From an uncultured Armatimonadetes bacterium (GTDB lineage: Bacteria > Armatimonadota > UBA5829 > DTJY01): a stretch of 64,000 bases of DNA. The position numbers were made by a program, and so were the translations under genes. Positions 38,703-50,166 of this stretch are shown here, piece by piece. The stretch is from the NCBI GenBank assembly GCA_963717145.1, contig OY970325.1, positions 3,712,001 through 3,776,000 of the forward strand. Direction: 5' to 3'. Position 1 is the stretch's first letter. Each line of letters starts with the position of its first letter. The notes under the pieces were generated by a model. It ran no database searches, had not been told where the DNA came from, and was given only the letters and a program-made list of their open reading frames with translations.

Positions 38703-40805
38703 ATGAAACACGCTTTGGTTCTTCTTGGATTGCTCATGCTTATCGCCGGATCGGCGCTCGGAGGGGAAAAGATGAAGGTTACTCTGAACGGACTAACTGT
38801 TACTCTCGATGCCGATTCGGGGTGCATACTCGGCCTCGACTACGCAGGGCCGGGTACGATGCTCGAGTCGTCTCCCGACCGCGGAGGGCTCGTCGACCTC
38901 GCCTATCCGCACGAGAAGTTCGAGCCGCGCCGACTCGCATCCAGGTACTCCCACGGAGCACAGATCACCAAGACCGACGGCGGTGTGGTCATCACCACAC
39001 CGAATCTCGGGGCCAGCCGCGAGGTCTTCCCGGTGAGCGGAAACGTCTCCGCGACCGTCCGACTCACAGAAGCACCCGACGGCCGATCGATCGTCATGAC
39101 CTGCGAGGTCAGCAATCAGTCGGACAAGCCCGTGCGCCAGGTGATCTTCCCCGACTTCCCCGGACTGCTGCCGTTTGATGGGAGGGATGGGACCTGGCTC
39201 CGTGCGGGCGGATTCGGGAGCCTGCCGTTCCTCGAACTCGCCCCGGACGAAGGCAAGGCCAGCACCCAGTATATGATCGACTTCGCCGGCTACACCGTCG
39301 AGCACAAAGCCGGCGGCGTCTTCAACGATATGTTCGTGCGGTGGATGGACTTCGGCGGCCTCGATGGCGGGCTCAGCCTCTTCCCGAAGCGCTGGGGGGC
39401 CGACCCGCAGGTACCGGTTCGGCTGCAGCTCTCCGAGGTCGACGGCACGATCCGCCTCATGTGCATCCACGATGCCACTATCGAGCCGGGCAAGTCCTGG
39501 GAGAGCGGCGAGTTCGTCCTGACCCCGCACGCGAACGGCTGGGCGAAGGGCATCGAGCCGTACCGCGAGTGGGTGAAGACGAAGTACAAGCGCGAGTTCC
39601 CGATCCCCAAGCGGGTTCGAGAGGGGCTCGGGTACCGGACGATCTGGATGTGCCAGACTCAGCCCGACGACCCGCAGGATGCGATCTTCCGGTTCGACGA
39701 TCTGCCTGAACTCGCGCGGGAGTCGAAGGATCACGGGCTCGACGAGATCGTCATGTGGGCCTCGCACAAGGCGTTCACCCTGCCGTTGCCGCCTCCGTTT
39801 CCACACCTGGGCACGGAACAGGATATGGCCGATGCGATCAAGGAGTGTCGGGCGCTCGGAGTCAATGTCGCCCCATTCCTGAGCATCGTCCAAGCGAACC
39901 CGGAGACCGCCCCGCGATATGGGCTCAAGGTGACCGACAACAACGGCTGGACTTATCACACCGAACTCATCCCCAAGTGGAATCCATCCTATGCGACTGG
40001 TTATTCCTGCGTGCAGGTCGGCCCGCTCAACCCGAAGTGGCACGAGGACGTGCTCGAGGGCTGCAAGCGCCTGATCGATATCGGGGTCCCCGCCCTGAGC
40101 TGGGACCAGTTCTGGACTACGCACGATCCGCCGCCGAACATGCTCTCCCTGGCATCGCAGATCAGGACCTATGCCCTCGCGCACGATCCCGAGGCCACCT
40201 TCTCCGGGGAGGAACTCTGGAACCTGGAACTCGACAGCGCCATACTCGACTACACCTGGAACTGGGGCGGCTACCGGGATTGCCGGGCCTTCACGAGCGT
40301 CTTCCCGGCCCCACGTATCAACTCCTGTATCAGTTTCGCACCGCTGAGCGTGAAGATGGCGTTCGCGGACAACCTCTACCTGAACATATTCCCGCGCAAG
40401 AAGGAGTCGGCTAACGGCTCAGACCGGATCTCGAACTACCCCGAACTCAGCAAGGCCCTGAAGCAGTGCGCCGGCCTGAGGAAGCAGTTCCTGCCGTACT
40501 TCGTCGATGGAACGCTGATCGGCGACTGCATCCTCTCGAAGCCGTGTCCGGCGACTCACATCACCGCATACACGCTGCCCGGCCGCGCGATCGTGATCAT
40601 GATCAACCGGGGCGCAAGCCGCGAGATCGACTTCACCTGCGACCTCGCGCCCTGGGTGAAGCCGTCGTCCGGGCGCTATGAGGCAAAGTCCTACGACGAG
40701 GACGGCAAGCTGCTCGACACGGCGAAGATCGACGGCGCGTGGACGGGCAAGACACCCGTGCTTGCGGGCGAGCAGATGGTCGTCTACGAGGTGACGGCTC
40801 TCTGA
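38703..40805 (+). CDS. Secreted putative glycoside hydrolase (TIM-barrel, DUF6259-like)
   Basis: Signal peptide; beta-rich N-terminus, then a barrel-like region with WDQF and SGEE; family assignment tentative. Confidence 0.5.
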   Translation: MKHALVLLGLLMLIAGSALGGEKMKVTLNGLTVTLDADSGCILGLDYAGPGTMLESSPDRGGLVDLAYPHEKFEPRRLASRYSHGAQITKTDGGVVITTPNLGASREVFPVSGNVSATVRLTEAPDGRSIVMTCEVSNQSDKPVRQVIFPDFPGLLPFDGRDGTWLRAGGFGSLPFLELAPDEGKASTQYMIDFAGYTVEHKAGGVFNDMFVRWMDFGGLDGGLSLFPKRWGADPQVPVRLQLSEVDGTIRLMCIHDATIEPGKSWESGEFVLTPHANGWAKGIEPYREWVKTKYKREFPIPKRVREGLGYRTIWMCQTQPDDPQDAIFRFDDLPELARESKDHGLDEIVMWASHKAFTLPLPPPFPHLGTEQDMADAIKECRALGVNVAPFLSIVQANPETAPRYGLKVTDNNGWTYHTELIPKWNPSYATGYSCVQVGPLNPKWHEDVLEGCKRLIDIGVPALSWDQFWTTHDPPPNMLSLASQIRTYALAHDPEATFSGEELWNLELDSAILDYTWNWGGYRDCRAFTSVFPAPRINSCISFAPLSVKMAFADNLYLNIFPRKKESANGSDRISNYPELSKALKQCAGLRKQFLPYFVDGTLIGDCILSKPCPATHITAYTLPGRAIVIMINRGASREIDFTCDLAPWVKPSSGRYEAKSYDEDGKLLDTAKIDGAWTGKTPVLAGEQMVVYEVTAL

Positions 40806-40845
40806 TCGCATCTCATCAGACTCGTGTAGGAGGGAGTTTGTCCTC

Positions 40846-42525
40846 ATGAAGTACCGCATTCATCTCGCGATTCTCCTGCTCGTATTGAGCAGTTCCGCCA
40901 TACAGGCAAAGACGTGGGTCAAGAAGCTCGCGCCAGGGGTCACCTATATCCAGATCGTCCGGGAGGCGCCTGTCCCACGGATCATCAATGTGCTCAAGAT
41001 CGATCCGCGGGTGCCCGGCGTCGAGATACGGTCGGTGCTTGCGGGTGACATGGTGAACGACGTCGATGCGACCAGGGGCCGCGAGACGATGGGTTCGATC
41101 GCCACGCGACTCAAGGCAACCGCCGTCGTCAACACCGATTTCTGCAACTGGACCGGCGACCCACTCGGCCTCCACATCGAGCGAGGCGAACTCGTCAGCG
41201 AGCCGTATCGCCGACGGACGATGTTCGGCATGACTGCGGATGGAGACTATCTATTCGACGTCTTGGGATGGGACGCGAAAGTCACCCTGGCCGACGGGAC
41301 TTCCCGGGCGATCGACGGCATCGACCGTGACCGCGAGGCCGGCGAACTGATCGCCTATACCTCGAAGTGGTTCACGAGCACCTGCACCAAGGACGGCGGA
41401 TGCGAGGCCGTCATTACGACGAAGGACCTCCCGGTGCGCCTGGGCGTCCCTATCAAGGGCAGGATCACGGAGCTGCGGCCCGGCCTGGGGGATACCCCCA
41501 TCCCGGCGGACGGCATCGTGCTCTCGGGCTCGGGACCAGCCGCCGACTTCATCGAGAACAGCCTCATCAAGGGCCCGGAAATGACGATGGAGTTCAACGT
41601 CATCCCGACGAGCACGACCGGCTGGGAGCGGGTCGTCGAGGCGGCGGGAGGGACTCCGAGGCTCGTTCGGAACGGCGAGGTCTGCACCGATTTCCTGAAC
41701 GAAGGCGTCGCTGCGAGCTTCGTCACCACGACTCATCCCCGATCCGCGATCGGCGCAACCGCCGACGGTCGGCTCGTGCTGGTGACCGTCGATGGCCGAC
41801 AGTACAACGCGACCGGCATGTCGCTCCCCGATCTCGGGCGGCTGATGAAGTCGCTGGGATGCGTGGACGCTCTCAACCTCGACGGCGGCGGATCGAGCAC
41901 GATGGCGACGTACTTCGGCACGCTCAACAGCCCGTCGGATGGGAGGCTTCGCGCGCTGCCGAACGGGATGGCCGTTTTCGCGCCGGACCTCACATTCCCG
42001 ACGCCGGAGTTCAAGGTCGTCGCTCCCTCGGATACGATTGTGACCGGCGAGAGCATGCAACTCACACTGATCGATGTTGTGACCGGTCAGCCGCTCAAGA
42101 AGATCATCGCGAACCGTGCCATTTGGAGCACCGCGGCGGCGATGGGATTCGTCGATCAGTCCGGCAAATTCACGGCGTATGGCGCGGGCACGGTGGAGGT
42201 CGTTGTCAAGCTCGGCTCGCGAATGGCGACTGCCACGATAGAGACCGTCAAGGGCCCGCCGAAGAAGGTGGTCGCTGCCCTTGATGGCGACAAACCCGGC
42301 GCTGAAAACCGGAATATTCTGTCCGTCACTATCTATGACAAGAACTGGAACGCGCTCCGCGGAGTGAGCCTCCAGGTCGCGGTCACTGGCGGGAAGCTCG
42401 ATCGAACGGACATCGTGACCGGTGACGCCGGCAAGGTGGCGGTGGGCATCACCTGGGACGCCCCCACCGGCGGCCAAGCCGAGGTCTCCTGCGCCGACCT
42501 CCCACCGGTTGTCGTCACGCGATAG
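40846..42525 (+). CDS. Phosphodiester glycosidase (NAGPA) family protein
   Basis: HPRSAIG, VDGRQ and NLDGGGSS motifs; signal peptide; Ig-like C-terminus. Confidence 0.88.
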   Translation: MKYRIHLAILLLVLSSSAIQAKTWVKKLAPGVTYIQIVREAPVPRIINVLKIDPRVPGVEIRSVLAGDMVNDVDATRGRETMGSIATRLKATAVVNTDFCNWTGDPLGLHIERGELVSEPYRRRTMFGMTADGDYLFDVLGWDAKVTLADGTSRAIDGIDRDREAGELIAYTSKWFTSTCTKDGGCEAVITTKDLPVRLGVPIKGRITELRPGLGDTPIPADGIVLSGSGPAADFIENSLIKGPEMTMEFNVIPTSTTGWERVVEAAGGTPRLVRNGEVCTDFLNEGVAASFVTTTHPRSAIGATADGRLVLVTVDGRQYNATGMSLPDLGRLMKSLGCVDALNLDGGGSSTMATYFGTLNSPSDGRLRALPNGMAVFAPDLTFPTPEFKVVAPSDTIVTGESMQLTLIDVVTGQPLKKIIANRAIWSTAAAMGFVDQSGKFTAYGAGTVEVVVKLGSRMATATIETVKGPPKKVVAALDGDKPGAENRNILSVTIYDKNWNALRGVSLQVAVTGGKLDRTDIVTGDAGKVAVGITWDAPTGGQAEVSCADLPPVVVTR

Positions 42526-42638
42526 TATGGAGTGCGATGGCTCGACATCGCTTTGGTCTTCGGCGGCTTGACGCCGTCCGGAGGGCCGCCGTGTCGAGCC
42601 ACGGCTCAGGAAAGCGATGTCGAGCCATCGCACTCCAA
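42526..42638. repeat. TGGAG-initiated REP-like doublet, family F
   Basis: TGGAGTGCGATGGCTCGACATCGCTTT...AAAGCGATGTCGAGCCATCGCACTCCA; a related doublet lies at 47963-48056. Confidence 0.8.
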
Positions 42639-42666
42639 GAGGAGAACAGCAGCCCCCCGTATGCCT

Positions 42667-44619
42667 TTACTTCGCCGGCTGGAAGATGCCGAGGGACTTG
42701 CCGACGAACTCCGCGTCGGCCATCAGCTTGCAGCACGCGGGATTCTCGATCGTGTTCGCAATGCCCGTGCCCGGGCCGGTCGGCTTCGGCTTGGCGGGCG
42801 AAACGACGATGCACGCGTCCATGACCTCCATCTCGAAGTCGCCGAGCAGCAGGCCGGCATCCGTCATCTTCTTGTTGTCCACGAGCATCCGTATTTCCGC
42901 GAGCTTTCCCTCGAGCACGGAGAAAAGCGCCTCATCGGAGATCAGCGGCACTTCGTCCAGACCGAACGGCAGTTCGTGGAAGAGGTCCAGCATCAACTGC
43001 ATGTGCGGAATGTCGGTCTCCAGTATCCATTTCCACTCGTCCCTGTGGACGTAGCCGGTCGGGTTCGGGCCTGCGCCGTCGTCGTCCCACGGAACCGACG
43101 TGCCGTAGAGGATGTTGAGCGTCCATGTCGTGCCCGCGGTTTCGTACATCAGCGGCCACCAGAGCCGGATGTTCGGCGTCCCCTGCTGCGAAATGGTGTT
43201 GGCCGGGAAGACGTCCGCGCACTGGATGATCTCCGGCGTAGTCTTCTTCAGGACGACGTTCTTCAGTGTGTATTCCACATCGAGTTGAGCAGCCTTCACG
43301 TAGTTCGCCCACGCCTGGCCCGGGACGATGGAGAGGACTCCGGGCGAAGCGGAGATCAGATCGCCGTCGGGATCGGATACGAATCCGTCGAAGGCGACAG
43401 CTTCCAGGACTCCGGTCTGTCCCGGATACACCGAATACACGGGCAGGAACTCCGAGTGAGTGATGTCGGTCAGGAACTCGTCCGCGCCGATATCGACCGT
43501 TCCGCCTATGATCCTCTCCTGTCCGTCCATGTCGGTGGCGGGGATCCCCGGCGCGTCGTTCCATCCGGCGTTGATGCAGGGTGAGAGCGACGTGAGGTGG
43601 TAGTCACCGCCCGCCATATTCACGAAGAGGGGATCAGCCGAGATGTCTCCGACTCCGGCAGCCGAGCCCGGAGTAGTTGTAGGCCGTATTGCCGTACACG
43701 TCGTTGTTCCGAAGAACAGGTGGTCCTCCGTTGTAGATGCATATCCCCGAGGAGTTGAAAGCCACGATGTTGTTCGACACTGCGGGAGAGGAGTTCTCGC
43801 ACTCTATCCCCCCCCCCACCCGCCGTCCGCGGTGTTACCGGTGATCGTGTTGTTCGTGATGGTCGCGGACGAGAAGTAGCAGGCTATCCCGCCGCCCAAC
43901 CCTGGGCTATGGTTACCGGCGATCGTGTTGTTTGTGATCGTCGGTGAAGAGTAGTAGCACAATATTCCGCCGCCCCAGAACGCATCGTTACCGCTGATCC
44001 TATTGCTCGTAATCGTTGGCGAGGAGCTCAAGCAGCATATCCCGGCACCCCCGACACGGGGCAGGCCGTTGGCTGTGATCGTGTTGTTCGCAATCGTCGG
44101 CGAGGAGTTCTCGCAGTATATCCCGCCGCCCCACCAGACCCCCGTGTTTCCGGTGATATTGTTGTTCGTGATAGTCGGCGAAGTGGCGTTGCAGTAGATG
44201 CCTCCACCGTTGTCGGCGCGCCCGTTGCGGATTGTGAAGCCATCGATCACCGTGGCCGGACCCGCTCCACTTGGACAGATCACGACGCTGCCGGCCTGGT
44301 TCCCATCAAGGATAGTCACGTGCGCCGCGATGTCCCTTGTCGATCCCACACCGGAATACCCGCCGTAGAGCGCCACTCCAGCCTTCAGAGTGATGCATTC
44401 GACATACGTTCCCCGCGCGACCCAGACCTGATCCCCCGAAGACGCCGCGTTCAAACCAGCCTGTACGGTGTGGTACGCCTTGCCCCACGACGTTCCATCG
44501 AACGTCGGGCCGGGAGAGTCCCATTTGACGTAGACAACCGCAAACGCCGCCGAGGAAGTGAGCGCGAGAAGCAGAATCGTCGCGAGCAAGGCAAGAGCAA
44601 ATCCGGAACGGTACTTCAT
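42667..44619 (-). CDS. Secreted right-handed parallel beta-helix (DUF1565-like) protein, frameshifts near 43812 and 43663
   Basis: Signal peptide, VWVARGTY, repeated GGGIYC..SSPTI.NN.I.GN units, DYHL...SPCINAG and VDIGADE. Confidence 0.8.
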
Positions 44620-44998
44620 CGTAACCTCCAAATGCGGAAATGACCAAATGGTGAATCGGGTGAAGCTCTGATGCCGGCGCGTCTGCGGTGAGTAGTAGTG
44701 CTTGCGCCGGACTACTTGGCGATAGTATACCCATGTTAGCGACATATTACTCATATCTACAAGCTCAGCAGGAGAAAAACCGGGGTTTTTTCGCAAGCTC
44801 AGCCGTTGCCCGTTCGGATGCATCATGCCCTCGCTTCGGGGTTACCGGGCACAAGCATCCCGGAAAACCCCTCCTACGTGGCTATGGACATGATGAGTTC
44901 TCCGCGCCCCTTGCACTGATCTCACGCACAGAGTAGAATCATCCGGAGGCTGGTCCCCCTTCGTAATGGGGACAGCTTCCGCTCAACAAGGAGTAACC

Positions 44999-46027
44999 AT
45001 GAGAGCAGTCAAGCTGTATGCGCCGGGCGATATGCGCCTGGTAGATATCGAGAAGCCGACGCCCGGACCGGGGGAGGCACTCGTCCAGGTCAAGGCGGTC
45101 GGAGTATGCGCATCCGATGTACACTACTACCGCGAAGGGCGGATCGGCGATGCCGTCGTAACCGAGCCGATCATTATGGGCCATGAGTTCGCCGGCGTCG
45201 TGGCGGAGATCGGTCCCGGCGTGACGGGCCTCAAGGTCGGCGACCGAGTGGCCGTCGAGCCCGCGTTCCACTGCGGAGAGTGCGAGATATGCAGATCCGG
45301 CAACATCAACCTCTGCCGGGCGATGAAGTTCTGCGGCACGCCTCCGTATGACGGATCGCTGAGGGAGTACATCGCGTGGCCCGCCAGTCTGTGCGTTCCC
45401 GTGCCGGACTCGATGAGCATGCCGGAAGCCGCGATGCTCGAACCGCTCGCGGTCGGCGTTTACGGCGTCGAGATCGCCGAACCAGTCTCGGGGAAGGGCA
45501 TCGGCATCCTCGGCGCAGGCGCAATCGGGCTGTCGATCCTTCAGGCGGCGAAGGCGTCCGGGTGCGGTAGGGCATACGTCACCGATCCGATCCCCGAGCG
45601 CCGCGAACTAGCCCGAAAGCTCGGGGCCGACGCCGTCTTCGATGCCGCCGATCCCGACGTGGTGAGCAAGGTCGTCGGCGATTCTATCGGGCTCGACATC
45701 GTTTTCGAGGCGGCCGGCGAGAACGACGCGGTCCGTCAGGCGACCGAGATCGTCCGACCGGCGGGGCTGGTGGTCGTCGGCGGGATACCTCGCGAGGACA
45801 GCCTGTGCGTCACCGCCTCACTCGTCCGCAGAAAGGGCCTCACCATCAAGCTGATTCGACGCAGCAGGAACACGCTCCACCGCTCGATCGACCTCGTGAA
45901 GGCGGGCAAGGTGGACATCGCTTCCTTCGTCACGCACAAATTCCCCGTCGAGCGCGTCCTTGATGCCTTCGAGCTTGCGATGGCTCGGAGAGACGGCGTA
46001 CTCCGGGCCGTGGTGGAATTCGGTTAG
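44999..46027 (+). CDS. Zinc-dependent alcohol/polyol dehydrogenase (sorbitol dehydrogenase-like)
   Basis: GVCASD, GHE, CGECEIC...C and GAGAIG motifs. Confidence 0.9.
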   Translation: MRAVKLYAPGDMRLVDIEKPTPGPGEALVQVKAVGVCASDVHYYREGRIGDAVVTEPIIMGHEFAGVVAEIGPGVTGLKVGDRVAVEPAFHCGECEICRSGNINLCRAMKFCGTPPYDGSLREYIAWPASLCVPVPDSMSMPEAAMLEPLAVGVYGVEIAEPVSGKGIGILGAGAIGLSILQAAKASGCGRAYVTDPIPERRELARKLGADAVFDAADPDVVSKVVGDSIGLDIVFEAAGENDAVRQATEIVRPAGLVVVGGIPREDSLCVTASLVRRKGLTIKLIRRSRNTLHRSIDLVKAGKVDIASFVTHKFPVERVLDAFELAMARRDGVLRAVVEFG

Positions 46028-46165
46028 CCATGCGTTTGGCGCAAGCACTTCGTGGGGAAATGGTTAATGGTTCATGGTTGATGGTTCATGGGGGACGGGA
46101 AACCGAACCGCCATTCCCCATTAGCCATTAACCATCAGCCATCAACCATTCCCGAGAGGTACACC

Positions 46166-47962
46166 ATGGCGAGGGACCGCTCATCGGAGATCCACTGGGT
46201 AGAGTGGAGCAACGAAGCCTTCGAACGCGCGCGGAAGGAGGACAAGCTCGTCCTCCTGAATATCGGCGCGGGCTGGTGCCACTGGTGTCACCAGCTCGAC
46301 CGTACGTCCTACTCCGATCCTCAGGTCGTCGAACTCATCAACGAAAAGTTTGTGCCAATCCGAGTCGAGGCCGACCGCCGGCCCGACATCCAGGACAGGT
46401 ACCTCATGGGCGGCTGGCCGACCACCGCGATCCTCACCCCGGACGCTCGAATCCTGACCGGCGCAACGTATATGCCACCCGAACGCATGCTGAGCCTCCT
46501 GCGACAGGTCGGCCAACTCTACGAGGAGGACCGGGAGGCCGTGACCCTCCGCGCATCGCAGATGTCCGAGGAGGCCGAGGAGGAGATGGGCCGGCACTGG
46601 GCCGCCACATCAGCGAAATCCCCGAGCCGAGAGGTCATCGGCTCGCTCGTCACCGCCATGCGCCGGGAGTTCGACTCGATCAACGGCGGCTTCGGTACCG
46701 AGCCTAAGTTTCCGTTCCCGGATGCAGTCCGTCTCGCATTCCTCCAGAACCGCCGAACCGGCGATCAGACGATGCTCGATATGGCGCTGAAGACGCTCGA
46801 CGGCATGGCCCGCCTCATCGATCCCGTATGGGGCGGGATGTACCGGTATTCCGTGGACGCCCAGTGGAAGCATCCGCACTACGAAAAGATGCTCTACATC
46901 CAGGCCGGGGCGCTCGACAACTACGTCGAGGCATACCAGGTCACCGCCAACGTGAAGTATGCCGAGATCGCGGCCGGGATCGAGGTCTATGTGAGGCGAT
47001 TTCTCGCCGACAGGGAGAACGGCGGGTTCTATGGCAGCCAGGACGCCGATATCGGAAGCCACGAACCGCAGGCCGATCTCATCACCGGCGAGCAGTATTT
47101 CCCCAAGAGCGAGAAAGAGCGCCTCGAAATGGGTATGCCGCACACCGACCAGACCATCTATGCCGGGTGGAACGGCATGATGTGCTCCGCATACTTCCGA
47201 CTCTGCAGCGCGACCGATGACATGAACGCCGCGAACTTCGCGATCAAGACCATCGACCGCCTGCTCAGGGAGAACGTGAGGGACGGACTGGTCTATCACT
47301 ACAATGACGGCGAGCCGCGCGTGCCCGGCCTGCTCTGCAACCAGGCGTACTTCGCTCAGGCGCTGATCGACGCGCACCAGACGACCGGGCGACGCGGCTA
47401 CCTCGAACACGCGGAACGGATCGCCCGGGTGACGCTTGACGTGCTGCAGGACAGGGAGAGCGGCGGGTTCTACTACCAGCCGCCCGATCCACATGCGCTC
47501 GGCGAACTGGCACAGCGACACAAGCCCTTCGACGAGAACGTCATGGCGGCGAAGGTGCTCACCAAACTGAACTACATGACCGGCAGGGAGGACTACCGCG
47601 AGGCAGCCGGGCGCGCGCTCGAAGCGGTGTCGTACCCGCAGTTGGTGGAGAGCATCATGGGCGCGGGCTATGGATTGGCGCTCGATCTCCATCTGGAGCC
47701 GCCGGTTCACATAGTGGTCGTCGGCAACCGCGACAACACCGAGACGGGCAAGATGCTCAAGGCGGGACTCCATGCCTATGAGCCGCAAAAGCTGATCCAG
47801 GTGCTCGATCCGGATGAAGACAGCCTGACGATCGGCGCATTGATCTATGCCGCGCAGAAGGAACCATCCGCCTATGTCTGCGTAAGAAACGTGTGCATGA
47901 GCCCGATCGTCGGCAGCGACGAACTGACGACGACGCTGGAGGACGTGCTGGGGAATGGTTGA
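46166..47962 (+). CDS. DUF255 thioredoxin / six-hairpin (YyaL-like) protein
   Basis: WCHWCH, GGWPTT, GGFG..PKFP and PHYEKML motifs. Confidence 0.88.
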   Translation: MARDRSSEIHWVEWSNEAFERARKEDKLVLLNIGAGWCHWCHQLDRTSYSDPQVVELINEKFVPIRVEADRRPDIQDRYLMGGWPTTAILTPDARILTGATYMPPERMLSLLRQVGQLYEEDREAVTLRASQMSEEAEEEMGRHWAATSAKSPSREVIGSLVTAMRREFDSINGGFGTEPKFPFPDAVRLAFLQNRRTGDQTMLDMALKTLDGMARLIDPVWGGMYRYSVDAQWKHPHYEKMLYIQAGALDNYVEAYQVTANVKYAEIAAGIEVYVRRFLADRENGGFYGSQDADIGSHEPQADLITGEQYFPKSEKERLEMGMPHTDQTIYAGWNGMMCSAYFRLCSATDDMNAANFAIKTIDRLLRENVRDGLVYHYNDGEPRVPGLLCNQAYFAQALIDAHQTTGRRGYLEHAERIARVTLDVLQDRESGGFYYQPPDPHALGELAQRHKPFDENVMAAKVLTKLNYMTGREDYREAAGRALEAVSYPQLVESIMGAGYGLALDLHLEPPVHIVVVGNRDNTETGKMLKAGLHAYEPQKLIQVLDPDEDSLTIGALIYAAQKEPSAYVCVRNVCMSPIVGSDELTTTLEDVLGNG

Positions 47963-48066
47963 TATGGAGTGCGGAAGCGGAGTCTGCGGAGCTTCCGCTT
48001 TGGCATACGTTACGACGGAAAGCGGAAGCTCCGCAGACTCCGCTTCCGCACTCCAAAGGATACCAT

Positions 48067-48750
48067 ATGAGAAGAACCCTCGTCATAATGGCGAAAGCCC
48101 CCATAGTCGGCAAGGTGAAGACGCGATTGTGCCCGCCGCTCGGTGCACAGAGCGCCGCCCTTCTGCACGAGTCCTTCATCCGCGATGCAGTCGAGAAGGC
48201 ATCGACAGTGCCGGACGCCCAGACCGTGATGGCATATACCCCGCGAGGCACCGCCTCATTCTTCCGTGACGCCGCCTGTGATGCCGACGCATATATGCTC
48301 CAGAAGGGCAGCGGACTCGGGGAGCGGCTCTCGAACTGCTTCGATCGGCTGAGCGAGCGTGGGCGCGCGGTCGTCGTGATGGGCGCGGATTCGCCGACGC
48401 TCCCCGCGAGGTGTCTCGAGTTCGCATTCGACGTGCTCGATACGGAGCGCGCCGACGCGGTTCTCGGGCCAACGAGCGACGGCGGGTTCTACCTCGTGGG
48501 ACTGCGGTCGCCCCAGCCGAAGTTGTTCGAGGACGTCCTGTGGAGCGGGCCGAACGTACCCGGCGCTTCCGTCGAGAAGGCGAAGGAGTTAGGCCTGCGC
48601 ATGCACCTGCTCCCGGAGTGGTATCACGTGGACCGATCGGTGCATCTGGCCCACCTCCGCGCGGAACTCCTCGAACGGAAGGTGACGAATCACGCCGCCC
48701 GCCACACCCGCGAGCGCCTCCAGTCCTTCGTCGAGCGCGGGTTGCTCTGA
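48067..48750 (+). CDS. DUF2064 / TIGR04282-like glycosyltransferase
   Basis: AKAP..GKVKTRL, Q.G..LGER, DSPTLP and LGP..DGGFYL motifs. Confidence 0.85.
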   Translation: MRRTLVIMAKAPIVGKVKTRLCPPLGAQSAALLHESFIRDAVEKASTVPDAQTVMAYTPRGTASFFRDAACDADAYMLQKGSGLGERLSNCFDRLSERGRAVVVMGADSPTLPARCLEFAFDVLDTERADAVLGPTSDGGFYLVGLRSPQPKLFEDVLWSGPNVPGASVEKAKELGLRMHLLPEWYHVDRSVHLAHLRAELLERKVTNHAARHTRERLQSFVERGLL

Positions 48751-48897
48751 ATGCGGAATGGCGAACCTCCCCCGGCCTGCTGGCCGGCCCCTCCTTCGTA
48801 AGGAGGGGCGCAGACAGAGATGTCCCCCCCTGCCGCAACAGATGTCCCCCTTACGAAGGGGGACCGGCCTCTGGGCCGAGGGGGTTTCCGGTCCGAC

Positions 48898-50124
48898 CTA
48901 ACGCACGAGCTTGAAGAGCCTTCCCTCGCCCGGCTGGAGCGGCAGGACCACCTTGCCTGACGCGTCCGGCGGATGGTTCAGGCGACCCCCGCTCGCCGCG
49001 GTCAGTTCCTCCAGCCGCTTCACCGATTTACCGAACGTGAGTTCCACCTCCACCGGCTTGCGCATCAGGCGGTTCGAAACCATCGCCCAGGTTGAGCCGT
49101 CCTCATGCTTGAACATCCCCAGCACGACCGGCGCGTCATTCGACACTCGAACCGGCAGCCCCGACTTCTGCGCCTGACATCCCGCCGGCACGTCGCCTGA
49201 GTGATACACGCCGGTCGAGGTCAGCTTCATCAGTGTCGGTCCGAGGATCCGCAGATCGCCGTTGATCCGCCTGGCCCGGTTGAAGAGCGCCGTCCGATTG
49301 CCCTTCTGGTCTATGATCGCGCTCAAGGGGCCCAGGACATCGCCCGGCGTCCAGTACGTGAAGTACAGTATCCCCTTCACGCCGTAGACGAGCGAGTTGT
49401 AAACCTGCCAGCGCAGATCGGCATCGGTGGGAGTGCGATAGGAGAAGTGAGGGAGCGAGAGCATTATGTAGCAGGTCGGGATGTCGTACTTCAGGCCGGC
49501 GGCGCGAACGACCTCCAGGTTCTGGAAGTAGCTGGCGATGTTCGGCAGGTTCTCCGGCTCTCCGGCCATCGCAATGTAGTGATCGTAGCTCAGTATCCGC
49601 GGTTCGACGATCTTGCAGAACTGATCGACGTGCGCCTCATACGTCGGGTTGCCGAGTTGCTGTTCATTCGCGTAGTTCGGGAACAGGTTGATGTACGGCA
49701 GGCGCTTCGGATCCGCCTTCAGCAGGTACTTGTTGATCGCCGTCAGCCTGGGGAACACAGCGGAGTTCGGCTCATCGGTGACGTAATATCCTCCCAGCGC
49801 GGGGTACTTCGAGTAGTCGGCGACCACCGAGTCGAGCTGCTTGGTGAAATCCGGGCTCGCCGGATCGGCGAAGGTCCGCGGGTCGCCGACGATGTACTTC
49901 AGGCCGTACTTCGCGCAGGCATCGAGAATCGCCTTGTTCTGCTCGGGGGTCACCGCGCTGCACGGAGGCAGGCAGTAGTTGAAGTTACACTCCGCGACCT
50001 CGGCATACCGGGCGATCGGATCCTGGTCCGCGGCCGGGCCGCACCAGTAGCTGACGATGAAATCCGACGCCGTCGCGGGCACAACGAAGAGAAGAAGGAT
50101 GACAAGAGCCAGAACCAGGTACAT
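48898..50124 (-). CDS. Secreted putative glycoside hydrolase (clan GH-A-like)
   Basis: Signal peptide; GYYVTDEP, INLFP, SYDHY and GILYFTYW motifs. Confidence 0.6.
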   Translation of the reverse strand: MYLVLALVILLLFVVPATASDFIVSYWCGPAADQDPIARYAEVAECNFNYCLPPCSAVTPEQNKAILDACAKYGLKYIVGDPRTFADPASPDFTKQLDSVVADYSKYPALGGYYVTDEPNSAVFPRLTAINKYLLKADPKRLPYINLFPNYANEQQLGNPTYEAHVDQFCKIVEPRILSYDHYIAMAGEPENLPNIASYFQNLEVVRAAGLKYDIPTCYIMLSLPHFSYRTPTDADLRWQVYNSLVYGVKGILYFTYWTPGDVLGPLSAIIDQKGNRTALFNRARRINGDLRILGPTLMKLTSTGVYHSGDVPAGCQAQKSGLPVRVSNDAPVVLGMFKHEDGSTWAMVSNRLMRKPVEVELTFGKSVKRLEELTAASGGRLNHPPDASGKVVLPLQPGEGRLFKLVR

Positions 50125-50166
50125 GGTCGGATACCTCCCAGGACAGACGTTGGACGTCGGACCCTC

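Noticed and set aside
48067-48750. Arsenosugar biosynthesis cluster
   Set aside because: Only the DUF2064-like gene is present; no ArsM or radical SAM partner is adjacent.
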